Source: Gemmatimonadales bacterium (GTDB lineage Bacteria; Gemmatimonadota; Gemmatimonadetes; Gemmatimonadales; GWC2-71-9). From it: a DNA stretch of 64,000 nucleotides. Location of the stretch: the NCBI GenBank assembly GCA_041577295.1, contig JBFGJG010000009.1, forward strand, positions 1-64,000. Direction: 5' to 3'. Each line of letters opens with the position of its first letter. Positions within the stretch are counted from its first letter, which is position 1. Shown here piece after piece: positions 31,250-41,332 of this stretch. Both the position numbers and the translations under genes were made by a program. A model generated the notes under the pieces. The model made no database searches. It worked only from the letters and a program-made list of their open reading frames with translations, and had not been told where the DNA came from.

Positions 31250-31471
31250 TCATCCTCCGCCTTGCAGGAGAATGAGGACGGAGACGACGAAGCCAAGGAT
31301 CACCATGGTCTCCGGGATGGCAATCATCAGCACAGCGATGGTGCTGAGTTCGGGCTTTTCCGCCATGCTGGCAGCCACCGCGGGTCCAATCTTCGACTGA
31401 GCCCACGCCGTGGCCAACGCCGGTAAGGCGATTGCGATCGCAGCTGATACTCCGATCCAGAGTGGTTCCAT
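31250..31471 (-). CDS. V/A-type ATPase proteolipid subunit K/c (single hairpin)
   Basis: AWAQSKIG, AEKPE, IPETMVILG with the carrier Glu. Confidence 0.92.
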   Translation of the reverse strand: MEPLWIGVSAAIAIALPALATAWAQSKIGPAVAASMAEKPELSTIAVLMIAIPETMVILGFVVSVLILLQGGG

Positions 31472-31501
31472 GAAAGCTCCTCTCTCGTCCGATGACTTGG
31501 T

Positions 31502-33391
31502 CTACGCGCGCCTATCCTGCATCGGGGACGTCCAGTGTCGGAACGGCTCGTATCGCACTCCTCCTGGGCTGTAGAACTTCCCAAAAAACTCCACGTAATG
31601 CAGTCGTAACGCGTGAATCGTCGGGCTGAACAACCCGATCGCGAAGTTGACGAGGTGGAAAAGCAAAGCGAACAAAACGCCCACGGCGACGCTGCCCATG
31701 GCACCGACCATCCGGTTGGCAACGACGGCCAACATGACCGACGCAATGCCCAGCGCCATGATGCGGGCATACGAGAGAATATTCCCGACGGTAGACAGCA
31801 GCTCGATCGGTGCGATTAACCCTTCCACAACCACGAGTACCGGGAATGCCACGAGGATGCCGATCACGGTGGGATGGAAGAAGCCACGTGGCAGGACCCC
31901 GATTACCGCGAGGAGCGCGGCCAGGATCAACAGGACCATCATGGCAGAAATCCCGCGACCGATGGCTTTCCGTGGATGCCCGCGCGCCGCGACCACGCCG
32001 AGAATCAGACCCAACACCACGTGAACGCTACCAAGCGCGATTGCCAGCATGAGAAACGGGACCAGCGCCTCTTCGCGATCGAACGCCAGCGGTTCGAGAC
32101 CGAACCGCCGCCCGAGGTCCCCAAAGTACTCGCCGTACAGCAGTCCGGCAGCCACCGTGAACAATGCACACGCCCCGGCGATCTCCGCGATCGACCGCAG
32201 GGTAGATTCCGGCTTCGCTCGTGACCGGAGGATCAGCGCCATCACCCCGAGCACCAACCCGTATCCTACGTCGCCCAGGATCACGCCGAAGAACGCCGGA
32301 AAGAACACGGCGACAAACGGCGTGGGATCGATGCTACCGTACTGTGGCAACGGGAAGAGTCGAATCAGGGCTTCGAACGGACGGAGCAGGCGGGGGTTCC
32401 GCAAGACAACCGGTGCTTCCTCGGCCGACCACTCCTCACGCGCCGCTTCGGACACGGCGATCTCGCCGCCGAATCGCGCGTCCAGCGTCTTGGCAAACGA
32501 CTCGCGGGCGGTCGTCGGTAACCAGCCTTCGAGCGCAAAAGCACGGGGGGAGACACCCGCGAGCACCACGGCATCGAGCTCGGCCAGGCGATCGCGGATC
32601 GCATCGCGTGCACGCAGAAGCTCCGGCACGACCGACCGCACGAGCGCGGACTGGTGCTGCCCCACGGTCGCGAGATCGCGGGGGATTTCCTCGAGACGCT
32701 CCAGCATCCGCGGGATGGCGCTGGTCAACGAGGTGCCGTACAACCGGGGTACCGGGATCTCCTCGACCCCGGCATCGGCCATGAGGTGCTCGACTTTGGG
32801 CGCGATCTTCGCAGGCACTAAGATCAGGACCGCGGTCTCGCTGGGTGAGAGCGGCTGCGTGTAAAGCTCGAATTCTTCTCCCACCACGCCGGTTAAGCTG
32901 GAACGCAACGTGGTGAGGGCTTCTCCCTCACGGGTCTTGAGGAGGATGTGATAGGCGGTGGTGTTGGGCCACCGGGCGGCGGCATCGAGCATCGAGCGAA
33001 ACGCGGTGAAGAAGTGCTGATACTTGCGCAGCAACGCGCGTTCTTCCACCAGCTCGGTTTGCCGCAGATCCAACTGCTCGGCCGTGCGGCGCGTCCGCTG
33101 GGCCATGCGCGCCCAGCGGGCAAAGTCACCAATGGAGGGTCGGGCGCTTGGGGTCGCGAGGAGCCGCGGGCCCGGACGCAAGAGCTCCAGCGTCGACTCG
33201 ATATCACGGAGCACGCGGCTCAGCTGATGTCGTTGTCGTTCGAGCCGCGGCGTGAGCACCGCGGGCTCCAAGGGCGCCCTGGCGAACGGTTCCGCGAGAT
33301 GCAGCACGCCGAGATCCTGCACCGCCCGCAAAACTTCCGTGAGCCGGTCTCGGGGGCCGAGAATGCGCAAGCGAGACATCTTGGTGATCAT
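31502..33391 (-). CDS. V/A-type ATPase subunit I
   Basis: DPTP, FFGVILGDVGYG, ILSYARIMALG, IHALRLHYVEFFGKFY. Confidence 0.95.
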   Translation of the reverse strand: MITKMSRLRILGPRDRLTEVLRAVQDLGVLHLAEPFARAPLEPAVLTPRLERQRHQLSRVLRDIESTLELLRPGPRLLATPSARPSIGDFARWARMAQRTRRTAEQLDLRQTELVEERALLRKYQHFFTAFRSMLDAAARWPNTTAYHILLKTREGEALTTLRSSLTGVVGEEFELYTQPLSPSETAVLILVPAKIAPKVEHLMADAGVEEIPVPRLYGTSLTSAIPRMLERLEEIPRDLATVGQHQSALVRSVVPELLRARDAIRDRLAELDAVVLAGVSPRAFALEGWLPTTARESFAKTLDARFGGEIAVSEAAREEWSAEEAPVVLRNPRLLRPFEALIRLFPLPQYGSIDPTPFVAVFFPAFFGVILGDVGYGLVLGVMALILRSRAKPESTLRSIAEIAGACALFTVAAGLLYGEYFGDLGRRFGLEPLAFDREEALVPFLMLAIALGSVHVVLGLILGVVAARGHPRKAIGRGISAMMVLLILAALLAVIGVLPRGFFHPTVIGILVAFPVLVVVEGLIAPIELLSTVGNILSYARIMALGIASVMLAVVANRMVGAMGSVAVGVLFALLFHLVNFAIGLFSPTIHALRLHYVEFFGKFYSPGGVRYEPFRHWTSPMQDRRA

Positions 33392-33807
33392 CGTCGCCCC
33401 TCGGCGACCCCAATCACCGGCTCGAGCAACCGTGCGATCAGCGTCTCGATCCGTACGTCCGACACTGCTTCGAACGTCGACACCTGCTTGCGGACATCGC
33501 TCGCAATTTCCTCGAGCGCCCGATCGCGTTCGAGCTCGATCGCCGCACGCGCCCGCTCGGCTCGGCCGTCCACCTCGCGCTCCAACGCCGTGTCTGTTGC
33601 CTCGGCATGACGCGTGGCGTTCTCGATGATCGCGCGAGCCTCTCCCCGCACCTCATGCAACAGTTCATCGAGCCGCGTTTCCGTGGCAACGAGCGCAGCG
33701 AAGTCACCCGCCGTTGGACGAGCGGCACCCGTGGATCGCGCGCTTCTCGATCGTCTGGACACGGATGGGGTACACCTCGATGGAGAAACCCCCGGGTTGC
33801 GTGCCAC
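33388..33807 (-). CDS. V/A-type ATPase subunit G/H (putative)
   Basis: Charged coiled coil, first gene of the operon, ATGA coupling to subunit I. Confidence 0.6.
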   Translation of the reverse strand: MARNPGVSPSRCTPSVSRRSRSARSTGAARPTAGDFAALVATETRLDELLHEVRGEARAIIENATRHAEATDTALEREVDGRAERARAAIELERDRALEEIASDVRKQVSTFEAVSDVRIETLIARLLEPVIGVAEGRR

Positions 33808-33986
33808 ACTTCCCCTCCCTCCCGAGGCGAATCTCGCCGTTTGCTGTTAACTGAGGGTGTAACACCGAATTAATGCTTTCTTAAGCAGTCGGCTTCTACG
33901 ATGACCTAAAACCTGCCTCTATCCGGGCCGTCGACGAACAGGCCCACTCCGCCGACGACCCACGGGTCACGGACCGGAGCGACACG

Positions 33987-35141
33987 ATGTTCTTTCCGAC
34001 TTCGCATCCTTGGGCCTACGGCGAGACCTTGGGCGAGCACCTCGCTCAGCGCGGTATCAACCGAAGAGATTTTCTGGCGTTTTGCGCAGAATTCACGGCC
34101 ATTCTGGGATTGAGCAGTGCGTTGACGCCCAAAGTGGCCAGAGCGCTGCAGCAGGTGAAGCGCCCCAGCGTCATCTGGATTCAATTGCAGGAGTGTACCG
34201 GCTGCGTTGAGAGCGTCCTGCGGACAGCCGAGCCGACGATCGGCGATCTGGTGCTCGACCTCGTTTCGCTCGATTACAGCCACACGATCATGGCGGCTGC
34301 GGGCCAAGCAGCAGAGAGTGCGCTGCACCAAGCCATGGAGGACAACCACGGTCAGTATCTCCTGATCGTGACCGGGTCAGTCCCGCTCGCGGACGACGGC
34401 ATCTATACGACGATCGCGGGTCGGACGGCCAAGGACGTGCTGGAAGAAGCCGCCGCCGGTGCCGCTGCAGTCATTGCGGTGGGTGCATGCGCGCACTGGG
34501 GGAGTGTACAGGCGGCGCGACCCAACCCGACGGGCGCTGTAGGCGTGTCCGACATTGTGCGCAACAAACCGGTTGTCAACGTGGCGGGCTGCCCGCCCAT
34601 CGGCGATGTAGTCACCGCGACGGTCGTGCACTTCCTCACGTTCGGTCGGGTTCCCGCACTCGACTATGACGGCCGGCCGCTGTTTGCCTATGGGGCGCGC
34701 ATTCACGATCAGTGTCCGCGGCGGGCACATTTCGACGCCGGGCAGTACGTCCAAGAGTTCGATGATGAAGCGGCGCGTAAGGGATGGTGCCTGTACCGGG
34801 TTGGTTGCAAGGGGCCCGCGACGTTCTCTCCGTGTCCCATCTTTCAGTGGAACACCCGCACCAATTGGCCCATTGGCGCCGGGCACCCGTGTATCGGATG
34901 TACCGAGCGTCAATTCTGGGACACCATGAGCCCCTTCTACGAGCGGCTGCCGGATGTCGCCGGCTTTGGGATCGAGCGTCGCGTTGACACGATTGGCGCG
35001 GCACTAGCCGTTGGCGCTGCCGCGGGCGTGGGAGCCCATGCCATCGCAACCGGCGTCCACCGGATGCGACAACGCCGCGCGCTCCCCGTGGTGGAGCGGC
35101 CACCAGAAGAGCCGCAGGGAAAGGAGGGCTCCGGTGGCTAG
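33987..35141 (+). CDS. [NiFe]-hydrogenase small subunit (group 1, Tat, membrane anchored)
   Basis: NRRDFLAFC Tat motif, ECTGC, GCPP, HDQCPRR, CLYRVGCKGP, GHPCIGC, C-terminal TM with His. Confidence 0.95.
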   Translation: MFFPTSHPWAYGETLGEHLAQRGINRRDFLAFCAEFTAILGLSSALTPKVARALQQVKRPSVIWIQLQECTGCVESVLRTAEPTIGDLVLDLVSLDYSHTIMAAAGQAAESALHQAMEDNHGQYLLIVTGSVPLADDGIYTTIAGRTAKDVLEEAAAGAAAVIAVGACAHWGSVQAARPNPTGAVGVSDIVRNKPVVNVAGCPPIGDVVTATVVHFLTFGRVPALDYDGRPLFAYGARIHDQCPRRAHFDAGQYVQEFDDEAARKGWCLYRVGCKGPATFSPCPIFQWNTRTNWPIGAGHPCIGCTERQFWDTMSPFYERLPDVAGFGIERRVDTIGAALAVGAAAGVGAHAIATGVHRMRQRRALPVVERPPEEPQGKEGSGG

Positions 35142-36849
35142 GACAAAGGTCGTCGTCGATCCGATCACGCGGATCGAAGGGCACTTGCGCATCGAGGTAC
35201 AAGCTGAGGATGGACGCATCGCGGATGCATGGTCCTCTTCCACGCAGTTTCGCGGTATCGAGATCATCATGCAGGGACGTGATCCGCGCGACGCGTGGGC
35301 GTTTACACAGCGCATTTGTGGCGTGTGCACGGTGGTCCATGCCGTCGCCTCGTGCCGGGCCGTGGAAGACGCCTTGGACATCCGAATCCCGCCGAACGCC
35401 AACCTCATCCGGAATCTCGTACACGGCATGCAGTTCGTTCAGGATCACGTGATCCACTTTTATCACCTACACGCCTTGGACTGGGTTGACGTGGTGAGCG
35501 CACTCGACGCCGATCCGGACGCAACGGCGCGGATTGCCCGACAGGTCTCCCCCTGGCCCAACAACTCCGGAACGTACTTTGGCGAGATACAAGATCGTCT
35601 GCGGACCTTCGTCTCATCCGGCCAGCTCGGGATCTTCACCAATGGGTATTGGGGCCATCCGGCGTACAAGCTCCCGCCCGAGGTCAACCTCTTGGCAGTC
35701 GCTCATTACCTGGAAGCGCTCGATTGGCAACGAGACGTCATCCGCCTGCACACGGTCTTTGGCGGAAAGAACCCCCACCCGAATTTTCTGGTGGGCGGCA
35801 TGGCGTCGGCAATCAATCTCGACGACACGGCCACCATCAATGCGGAGCGCCTGACCGACATTCACGACATGATCAAGCGGGCGCGCCGTTTCGTGGAACA
35901 AGTCTATTGGCCGGACCTGCTGGCTATCGCCGGCTTTTATAAGGATTGGGCGGCGATAGGCGGTGGAACGGGAAATTATCTCGCCTGTGGTGAATTCCCA
36001 GACACCGACGTGCGTGAGGTCGACTCCCTGTACTTCCCGCCTGGGATCATCATCGGGAAGAATCTCGATCAGGTGTGGTCATACGACCACCAGAAGGTCA
36101 AAGAGTACGTCACCCACTCATGGTACGAGTACGCCGGAGGGAACGAAATTGGCCTCCATCCATGGGACGGCGAGACCAAGGCGAAGTACACGGGGCCACC
36201 CCCGCCGTGGCAGTACGTCCAGGACTTCGATGAATACACCTGGATGAAGGCGCCGCGCTACGACGAGCGTCCGATGGAGGTGGGTCCGTTGGCGCGCATG
36301 CTCGTGGCGTTCGCCGCCGGACACGAGGACGTGCGAGAGCTCGTGGCAGAGGTGCTCAACCGGCTGAACGTCGGCCCGGCAGCCCTGTTCTCGACCCTCG
36401 GCCGCACCGCTGCCCGCGGGATCGAAACCGTGCTCTTGGCGCGTCGCTTGGAGCGATGGTATGCAGATCTCGTCGCCCGCATCAAGGGCGGCGATACCAC
36501 AACGTTCACGCGAGAACGCTGGGATCCCGACACGTGGCCCAGCGAGGCACAGGGCTACGGCTATCTCGACGCACCACGGGGCGCGTTGGGACACTGGGTG
36601 CAAATTGCCAACGGCAAGATCTCGCGGTACCAGTGCGTCGTGCCGAGCACGTGGAACTGCTCGCCGCGCGATGCCAAGGGAGTGATGGGCCCCTACGAAG
36701 CGGCGCTCGTGGACAACCACCCCTTGGTGGATCCGGCACGTCCCATCGAGATCCTCAGGACGATCCATTCGTTCGACCCCTGCATGGCGTGCGGTGTGCA
36801 CGTGCTCGACGCCGAGGGCAGCACCGTGACCGAGGTGAAGGTCCAGTGA
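35134..36849 (+). CDS. [NiFe]-hydrogenase large subunit (group 1)
   Basis: DPITRIEGH, L1 QRICGVC, L2 SFDPCMACGVH plus a cleavable C-terminal tail. Confidence 0.96.
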   Translation: MARTKVVVDPITRIEGHLRIEVQAEDGRIADAWSSSTQFRGIEIIMQGRDPRDAWAFTQRICGVCTVVHAVASCRAVEDALDIRIPPNANLIRNLVHGMQFVQDHVIHFYHLHALDWVDVVSALDADPDATARIARQVSPWPNNSGTYFGEIQDRLRTFVSSGQLGIFTNGYWGHPAYKLPPEVNLLAVAHYLEALDWQRDVIRLHTVFGGKNPHPNFLVGGMASAINLDDTATINAERLTDIHDMIKRARRFVEQVYWPDLLAIAGFYKDWAAIGGGTGNYLACGEFPDTDVREVDSLYFPPGIIIGKNLDQVWSYDHQKVKEYVTHSWYEYAGGNEIGLHPWDGETKAKYTGPPPPWQYVQDFDEYTWMKAPRYDERPMEVGPLARMLVAFAAGHEDVRELVAEVLNRLNVGPAALFSTLGRTAARGIETVLLARRLERWYADLVARIKGGDTTTFTRERWDPDTWPSEAQGYGYLDAPRGALGHWVQIANGKISRYQCVVPSTWNCSPRDAKGVMGPYEAALVDNHPLVDPARPIEILRTIHSFDPCMACGVHVLDAEGSTVTEVKVQ

Positions 36850-37583
36850 GCAGCCCAACCACGGCGCGTCCGAGAGAGCCGTCGCACGTCACCGATGCGG
36901 CGCGAGGCCGTTACCGCTGGGTCTACCTCTGGCATTGGCCGATTCGCGCCATGCACTGGGCTGCCGCTCTGAGCATTGTCGTGCTCGTTGTGACCGGCTT
37001 GTACATCGCGAATCCATTTTTCATGACGGGTGGTGAGGGAACACCCCGTTTTGCCATGGGCTGGATGCGGTTTCTCCACTTCGCCGCGGCCGCGGTCCTT
37101 GTCGCCACCGGCATCGTCCGGGTGTACTCGCTCATTGCAGGCAACAAGTTCGAACGCTTTCCGGCGCTCTTTCCGGTCCGCACCCGCGACTGGGTGAACT
37201 TGTGGAGAATGATCAAGAAGTATCTGATGATTCGCCCGGAGTCCGAGCCGCATTACCTCGGCCATCATCCACTCCAGCAGCTGGGCTACACAACGATCTA
37301 CCTCGTCACCGCCGCCCAAGTGGTGACGGGATTCGCCATGTACGGTCAAGCCAACCCCGGTGGGTTCTTCTACGTGACCTTCGGTTGGATCGTCCCGCTG
37401 CTCGGCGGTATTCAGGTCGTTCACTTCGTGCACCACGTGCTGTTATGGGTGTTCCTCATCTTCATCCCCATCCACGTCTATCTGGGTATTCGATCAGATG
37501 TCATGGAGCGGGAGGGCATGATCTCCTCGATCTTCAGTGGCGGGCGCTTCGTCCGATCGGACATCGAGTATGTCGATGACTGA
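36846..37583 (+). CDS. hydrogenase b-type cytochrome subunit
   Basis: IRAMHW, RFLHF, GHHPLQ, HFVHH, IHVY, ISSIFSG. Confidence 0.92.
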   Translation: MSSPTTARPREPSHVTDAARGRYRWVYLWHWPIRAMHWAAALSIVVLVVTGLYIANPFFMTGGEGTPRFAMGWMRFLHFAAAAVLVATGIVRVYSLIAGNKFERFPALFPVRTRDWVNLWRMIKKYLMIRPESEPHYLGHHPLQQLGYTTIYLVTAAQVVTGFAMYGQANPGGFFYVTFGWIVPLLGGIQVVHFVHHVLLWVFLIFIPIHVYLGIRSDVMEREGMISSIFSGGRFVRSDIEYVDD

Positions 37584-38091
37584 TCCGGACAGCGGCACGG
37601 GCACACTGGTCCTCGGGCTCGGGAACCCGCTCATGGGTGATGACGGAGTCGGTCTGGTTGCACTCAACGCACTCTGTGACCGCGTCTTCGAGCCGCGGGT
37701 GACGTTAATAGACGGTGGAACCTGGGGTATGAACCTGCTGCCGCTGATCGAGGCCGCGCAGCGGGTGTTGTTCCTCGACGCGATCAACGTCGGCGCCGAG
37801 CCGGGCGAGTTGATCGTGCTGGAGCGTTCGCAAATCCCGCGTGGCCTCGGGACCAAGCTCTCACCCCATCAGATCGACTTACGAGAGGTGCTGGCGGTGT
37901 GCGAGCTCCGAGGTTCCTTCCCGGAACACGTTGCCGCCCTCGGATTGCAACCCGACCTGGTGGACATGTCGTTGCAATTGAGCCCCGCTGTGCGAGCCGG
38001 CCTCCCCCGCCTCGTCGAGGCGGCAACGGTTCGGCTTGCCGCTTGGGGACATCTGCAGGTGCCGGCCACCGCCGCGACGACGCATGCATGA
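37576..38091 (+). CDS. hydrogenase maturation endopeptidase (HyaD/HupD type)
   Basis: LGLGNPLMGDDGVG, IDGGT, LDA, SPHQ. Confidence 0.93.
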   Translation: MTDPDSGTGTLVLGLGNPLMGDDGVGLVALNALCDRVFEPRVTLIDGGTWGMNLLPLIEAAQRVLFLDAINVGAEPGELIVLERSQIPRGLGTKLSPHQIDLREVLAVCELRGSFPEHVAALGLQPDLVDMSLQLSPAVRAGLPRLVEAATVRLAAWGHLQVPATAATTHA

Positions 38092-38344
38092 GATGAGCAT
38101 TGCGCTGGAAGTCGGGCGTATGGCGGAACGGCAGCTGGGGAGAGCGCAGATCCCCTTGGTCGTGGCCGTCGGCCTCGACGTCGGCGACGACGCGGGCGTT
38201 GAGTTCGCTGCGCTCGAATTCTGCATGGAGGCCGTGCTGACTACGCCGCCGTTCACTGGCGCGAGACCGGTCATCACCAGATGTACGGGAGATACACTGC
38301 GGCTGACATATCTGGAGGTCGATGATGGCCGTCCGAACGATTGA
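38084..38344 (+). CDS. hypA: HypA nickel chaperone lacking the zinc domain
   Basis: MHEMSIA, VG..AGVE..ALEFC, C-terminal GDTLRLTYLEV; no CxxC pairs; 86 aa. Confidence 0.85.
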   Translation: MHEMSIALEVGRMAERQLGRAQIPLVVAVGLDVGDDAGVEFAALEFCMEAVLTTPPFTGARPVITRCTGDTLRLTYLEVDDGRPND

Positions 38345-38996
38345 AGTCCGCGAGCGCATCATGGCCACCAACGACGCGCTCGCAGCGAACGTGCGCTCCC
38401 GACTGGGGGACCACGGCGTCCCGGCGTTCAACCTCGTGTCGTCGCCCGGGTCTGGGAAGACCTCCTTGCTGGAGCGGACGCTGGAGCGGTTGGGACCCGA
38501 ACTGCGGGTGGCGATCATTACCGGAGACGTCCGGACGCAGAACGATGCCGACCGATTGGCGCGGGTGACGGACGACCTCGTTCAGGCTGTCGTCACAGGC
38601 GGGGCCTGTCACCTCGACGCACGACAGGTTCTCACGGCGCTCGACGCGATCGACCTTCCACGAACGGATCTCGTCTTCATCGAGAACGTTGGCAACCTCG
38701 TTTGCCCGGCAAGTTGGGATTTGGGCGAGACCGCGAAGGTCGTGATCTTCTCCGTTACCGAAGGTGAGGATAAACCTCTCAAGTATCCCAAGATGTTCCG
38801 AGTGGCGAAGTACGCCGTTCTCAACAAGATCGATCTCCTGCCGCATGTCCCGTTTGACTTGGAACTGGCCGTGCGGTACGCGTGCCAAACCAATCCCGAG
38901 TTGCGGTTCTTCCGAACGTCGGCGCTCACTGGAGCAGGGGTCGACGAGTGGTGCACCTTCCTTCGCCACCAGGTCTACACACCCGTCGTTCAATGA
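38322..38996 (+). CDS. hypB: HypB GTPase
   Basis: SSPGSGKT, GACHLDA, ENVGNLVCPA, EGEDKPLKYP, NKIDL. Confidence 0.95.
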   Translation: MMAVRTIEVRERIMATNDALAANVRSRLGDHGVPAFNLVSSPGSGKTSLLERTLERLGPELRVAIITGDVRTQNDADRLARVTDDLVQAVVTGGACHLDARQVLTALDAIDLPRTDLVFIENVGNLVCPASWDLGETAKVVIFSVTEGEDKPLKYPKMFRVAKYAVLNKIDLLPHVPFDLELAVRYACQTNPELRFFRTSALTGAGVDEWCTFLRHQVYTPVVQ

Positions 38997-41332
38997 CCGC
39001 GAGCACGGTGCGCTTCGCTCCCGACGTTGCACTCGAGTCGTCCGGCGAGATTTCCGCCGTGGAGCTCACGGTGGTGGGGGTCGTCCAAGGTGTCGGATTT
39101 CGACCATTCGTTCACCGCCTAGCCGTCCGGCACGCGCTGCGGGGGTGGATTCGCAACCAATCGGGTGACGTGCGAATCGCCGTCCAGGGATCGTCGGAAG
39201 CGCTCCTTGAGTTTCTGCAAGCGCTCCAGCACGAAGCCCCGTCGCTCGCTCGTATCGAGTCGGTCACGGTCACGCGAATCGACCCATTCACCGCAAGCGG
39301 CTTTCGGATCCTCAGCAGCGCCGAGCAACCGGACCAGCGTCAACCGGTCTCGCCGGACGTGGCGATCTGCGCGGCGTGCGAACGAGAGCTCTGGGATCGT
39401 GCGAATCGTCGATACCGCTATCCGTTCATCACCTGCACCGACTGCGGACCCCGTTTTACGGTGATCGAGTCGATGCCGTACGACCGTGAGCGGACCAGCA
39501 TGCGAGCGTTCGAGCAATGTCCCGCTTGCGAACGCGAGTACCGCACGCCCACGAATCGGCGTTTCCACTCAGAGACGAATTCGTGCGACGACTGTGGACC
39601 CGAAGTGTCACTGGTGCAGGCCGGCGAAGGTCGTCCGCTGGCCACCAACACCGCCGCCATCGCGACAGCAGGCGACCTCTTGCGTCTCGGGCTCATCATC
39701 GGCGTTCGCGGCCTCGGCGGGTTTCACTTGGCGACTGACGCTACCAGTGAACGGGCCGTCGTGCGACTGCGTGAGCGAAAGCATCGCAACGCAAAGCCGA
39801 TGGCCATCATGGTGCGCACCCTGGAAGAGGCAAGGTGTTTCGCTGACCTGACACCGATGGAGGAGCGAACGCTCATGTGCCCGGAGCGTCCCATCATGGT
39901 TGCGCGGAGGCGGAAGGAGGCAGCGCTAGCCCCTTCCATCGCGCCTGGTCTAAGGGACATCGGCATCATGGTGGCCTATACACCGCTGCACCATTTACTG
40001 CTCGATGAGGTGCGACGTCCACTCGTTATGACGAGCGGAAATGTCAGCGAGGAACCGATCGCGACGAGCAACGAGGATGCATTGCGCCGCCTGGGAACCA
40101 TCGCGGATGCCTTTCTCTTGCACAATCGGGATATTGTGTCGCGTTACGACGATTCCGTGGTGCGAGTGGTGAGCAGTGCGCCACTATTTCTCCGTCGAGC
40201 ACGCGGCTACGCGCCACTCCCGCTCTCCTTGCCAATACCCGCGCCAAAACCGATCGTCGCAGTTGGACCTCACCTCAAGAACACGATCACGCTGGCGCAC
40301 GGGAACAAAGCGTACGTGAGTCAGCATATCGGAGACCTCGAGAACCTCGAGACACTCGAGCACTTCCAACAGACCTATCGCCGTCAACGTGAGCTCTTTC
40401 AAGTGTTCCCCGAAATCGGGGCACGAGATCTCCACCCCGGATACCTGTCTACGAGTTTGGCGTCCGACTTAGGCCTCGCTCGTGTCATCGAGGTGCAGCA
40501 TCATCATGCGCACCTCGCAGCAGTCGCCGCCGAACATGGAGTCACGGACACGATCATCGGCGTGCTGTTTGATGGTACGGGCTACGGGACGGATGGGTGT
40601 GTGTGGGGCGCCGAGGTGTTTGCCGGAAACCTCACGGGGTATCGTCGTCTCGGTCACCTGCGCTACGTGCCTCTGGCAGGTGGGGATCTCGCGGCACGGC
40701 GCCCGTGGCGGGTAGCGCTCGGGTACTCCTCGCTGACCTCGGATGCGCAATACGCGTTCGCCCGAGCCTTCGATGGGGTCGATCCTTCTGAGCACAGACT
40801 CGCCCAACAGCAGATCGACGTTGGACTCAACGCGCCGCTGGCGTCGTCTATGGGTCGGCTGTTTGATGCCGCCGCCGCGGTGCTCGGCATCCGCCACGTC
40901 TCGCTGTACGAAGGACAGGCGGCTATGGAATTGGAGGCCCTTGCGGGATGTCTTCCGGCGACGCCACTGCCCTTCCCCATCGTCGAGGACGAAGGGGGCG
41001 TCTATCTCCTGGATCCGCTCCCACTCCTAATCGCGTTGGGATCACTGCGAGCGCATGGTCACGATATCGCCGTGCTCGCGGCCCGTTTCCATGAGAGTGT
41101 TGCACACGCCACGCTGGCGCTCGTCTCCCGCGTCGCGCAGGCCACGAGCCTCACCACGGTCGCGCTGGGTGGCGGAGTGTTCCAGAATGCGCGGTTGCTG
41201 ACGAGGACGCACGAGCTACTCGAGGAGGCGGGCCTGCAAGTCCTCCTCCCGCGACAGTTGAGTCCCAACGATGGAGCAATCAGCTACGGACAGGCGGCAG
41301 TGGCCGCCGCGGTTCTGACCGAGGAAACATGA
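38993..41332 (+). CDS. hypF: carbamoyltransferase HypF
   Basis: GVVQGVGFRPF, YPFITCTDCGPRF, GLGGFHL, SQHIGDL, QHHHAH, NDGAISYGQ. Confidence 0.96.
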   Translation: MTASTVRFAPDVALESSGEISAVELTVVGVVQGVGFRPFVHRLAVRHALRGWIRNQSGDVRIAVQGSSEALLEFLQALQHEAPSLARIESVTVTRIDPFTASGFRILSSAEQPDQRQPVSPDVAICAACERELWDRANRRYRYPFITCTDCGPRFTVIESMPYDRERTSMRAFEQCPACEREYRTPTNRRFHSETNSCDDCGPEVSLVQAGEGRPLATNTAAIATAGDLLRLGLIIGVRGLGGFHLATDATSERAVVRLRERKHRNAKPMAIMVRTLEEARCFADLTPMEERTLMCPERPIMVARRRKEAALAPSIAPGLRDIGIMVAYTPLHHLLLDEVRRPLVMTSGNVSEEPIATSNEDALRRLGTIADAFLLHNRDIVSRYDDSVVRVVSSAPLFLRRARGYAPLPLSLPIPAPKPIVAVGPHLKNTITLAHGNKAYVSQHIGDLENLETLEHFQQTYRRQRELFQVFPEIGARDLHPGYLSTSLASDLGLARVIEVQHHHAHLAAVAAEHGVTDTIIGVLFDGTGYGTDGCVWGAEVFAGNLTGYRRLGHLRYVPLAGGDLAARRPWRVALGYSSLTSDAQYAFARAFDGVDPSEHRLAQQQIDVGLNAPLASSMGRLFDAAAAVLGIRHVSLYEGQAAMELEALAGCLPATPLPFPIVEDEGGVYLLDPLPLLIALGSLRAHGHDIAVLAARFHESVAHATLALVSRVAQATSLTTVALGGGVFQNARLLTRTHELLEEAGLQVLLPRQLSPNDGAISYGQAAVAAAVLTEET

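Noticed and set aside
35134..36849. [NiFeSe] or O2-tolerant 6-Cys hydrogenase
   Set aside because: L2 is DPCMAC with no in-frame TGA; the small subunit lacks the supernumerary cysteines.
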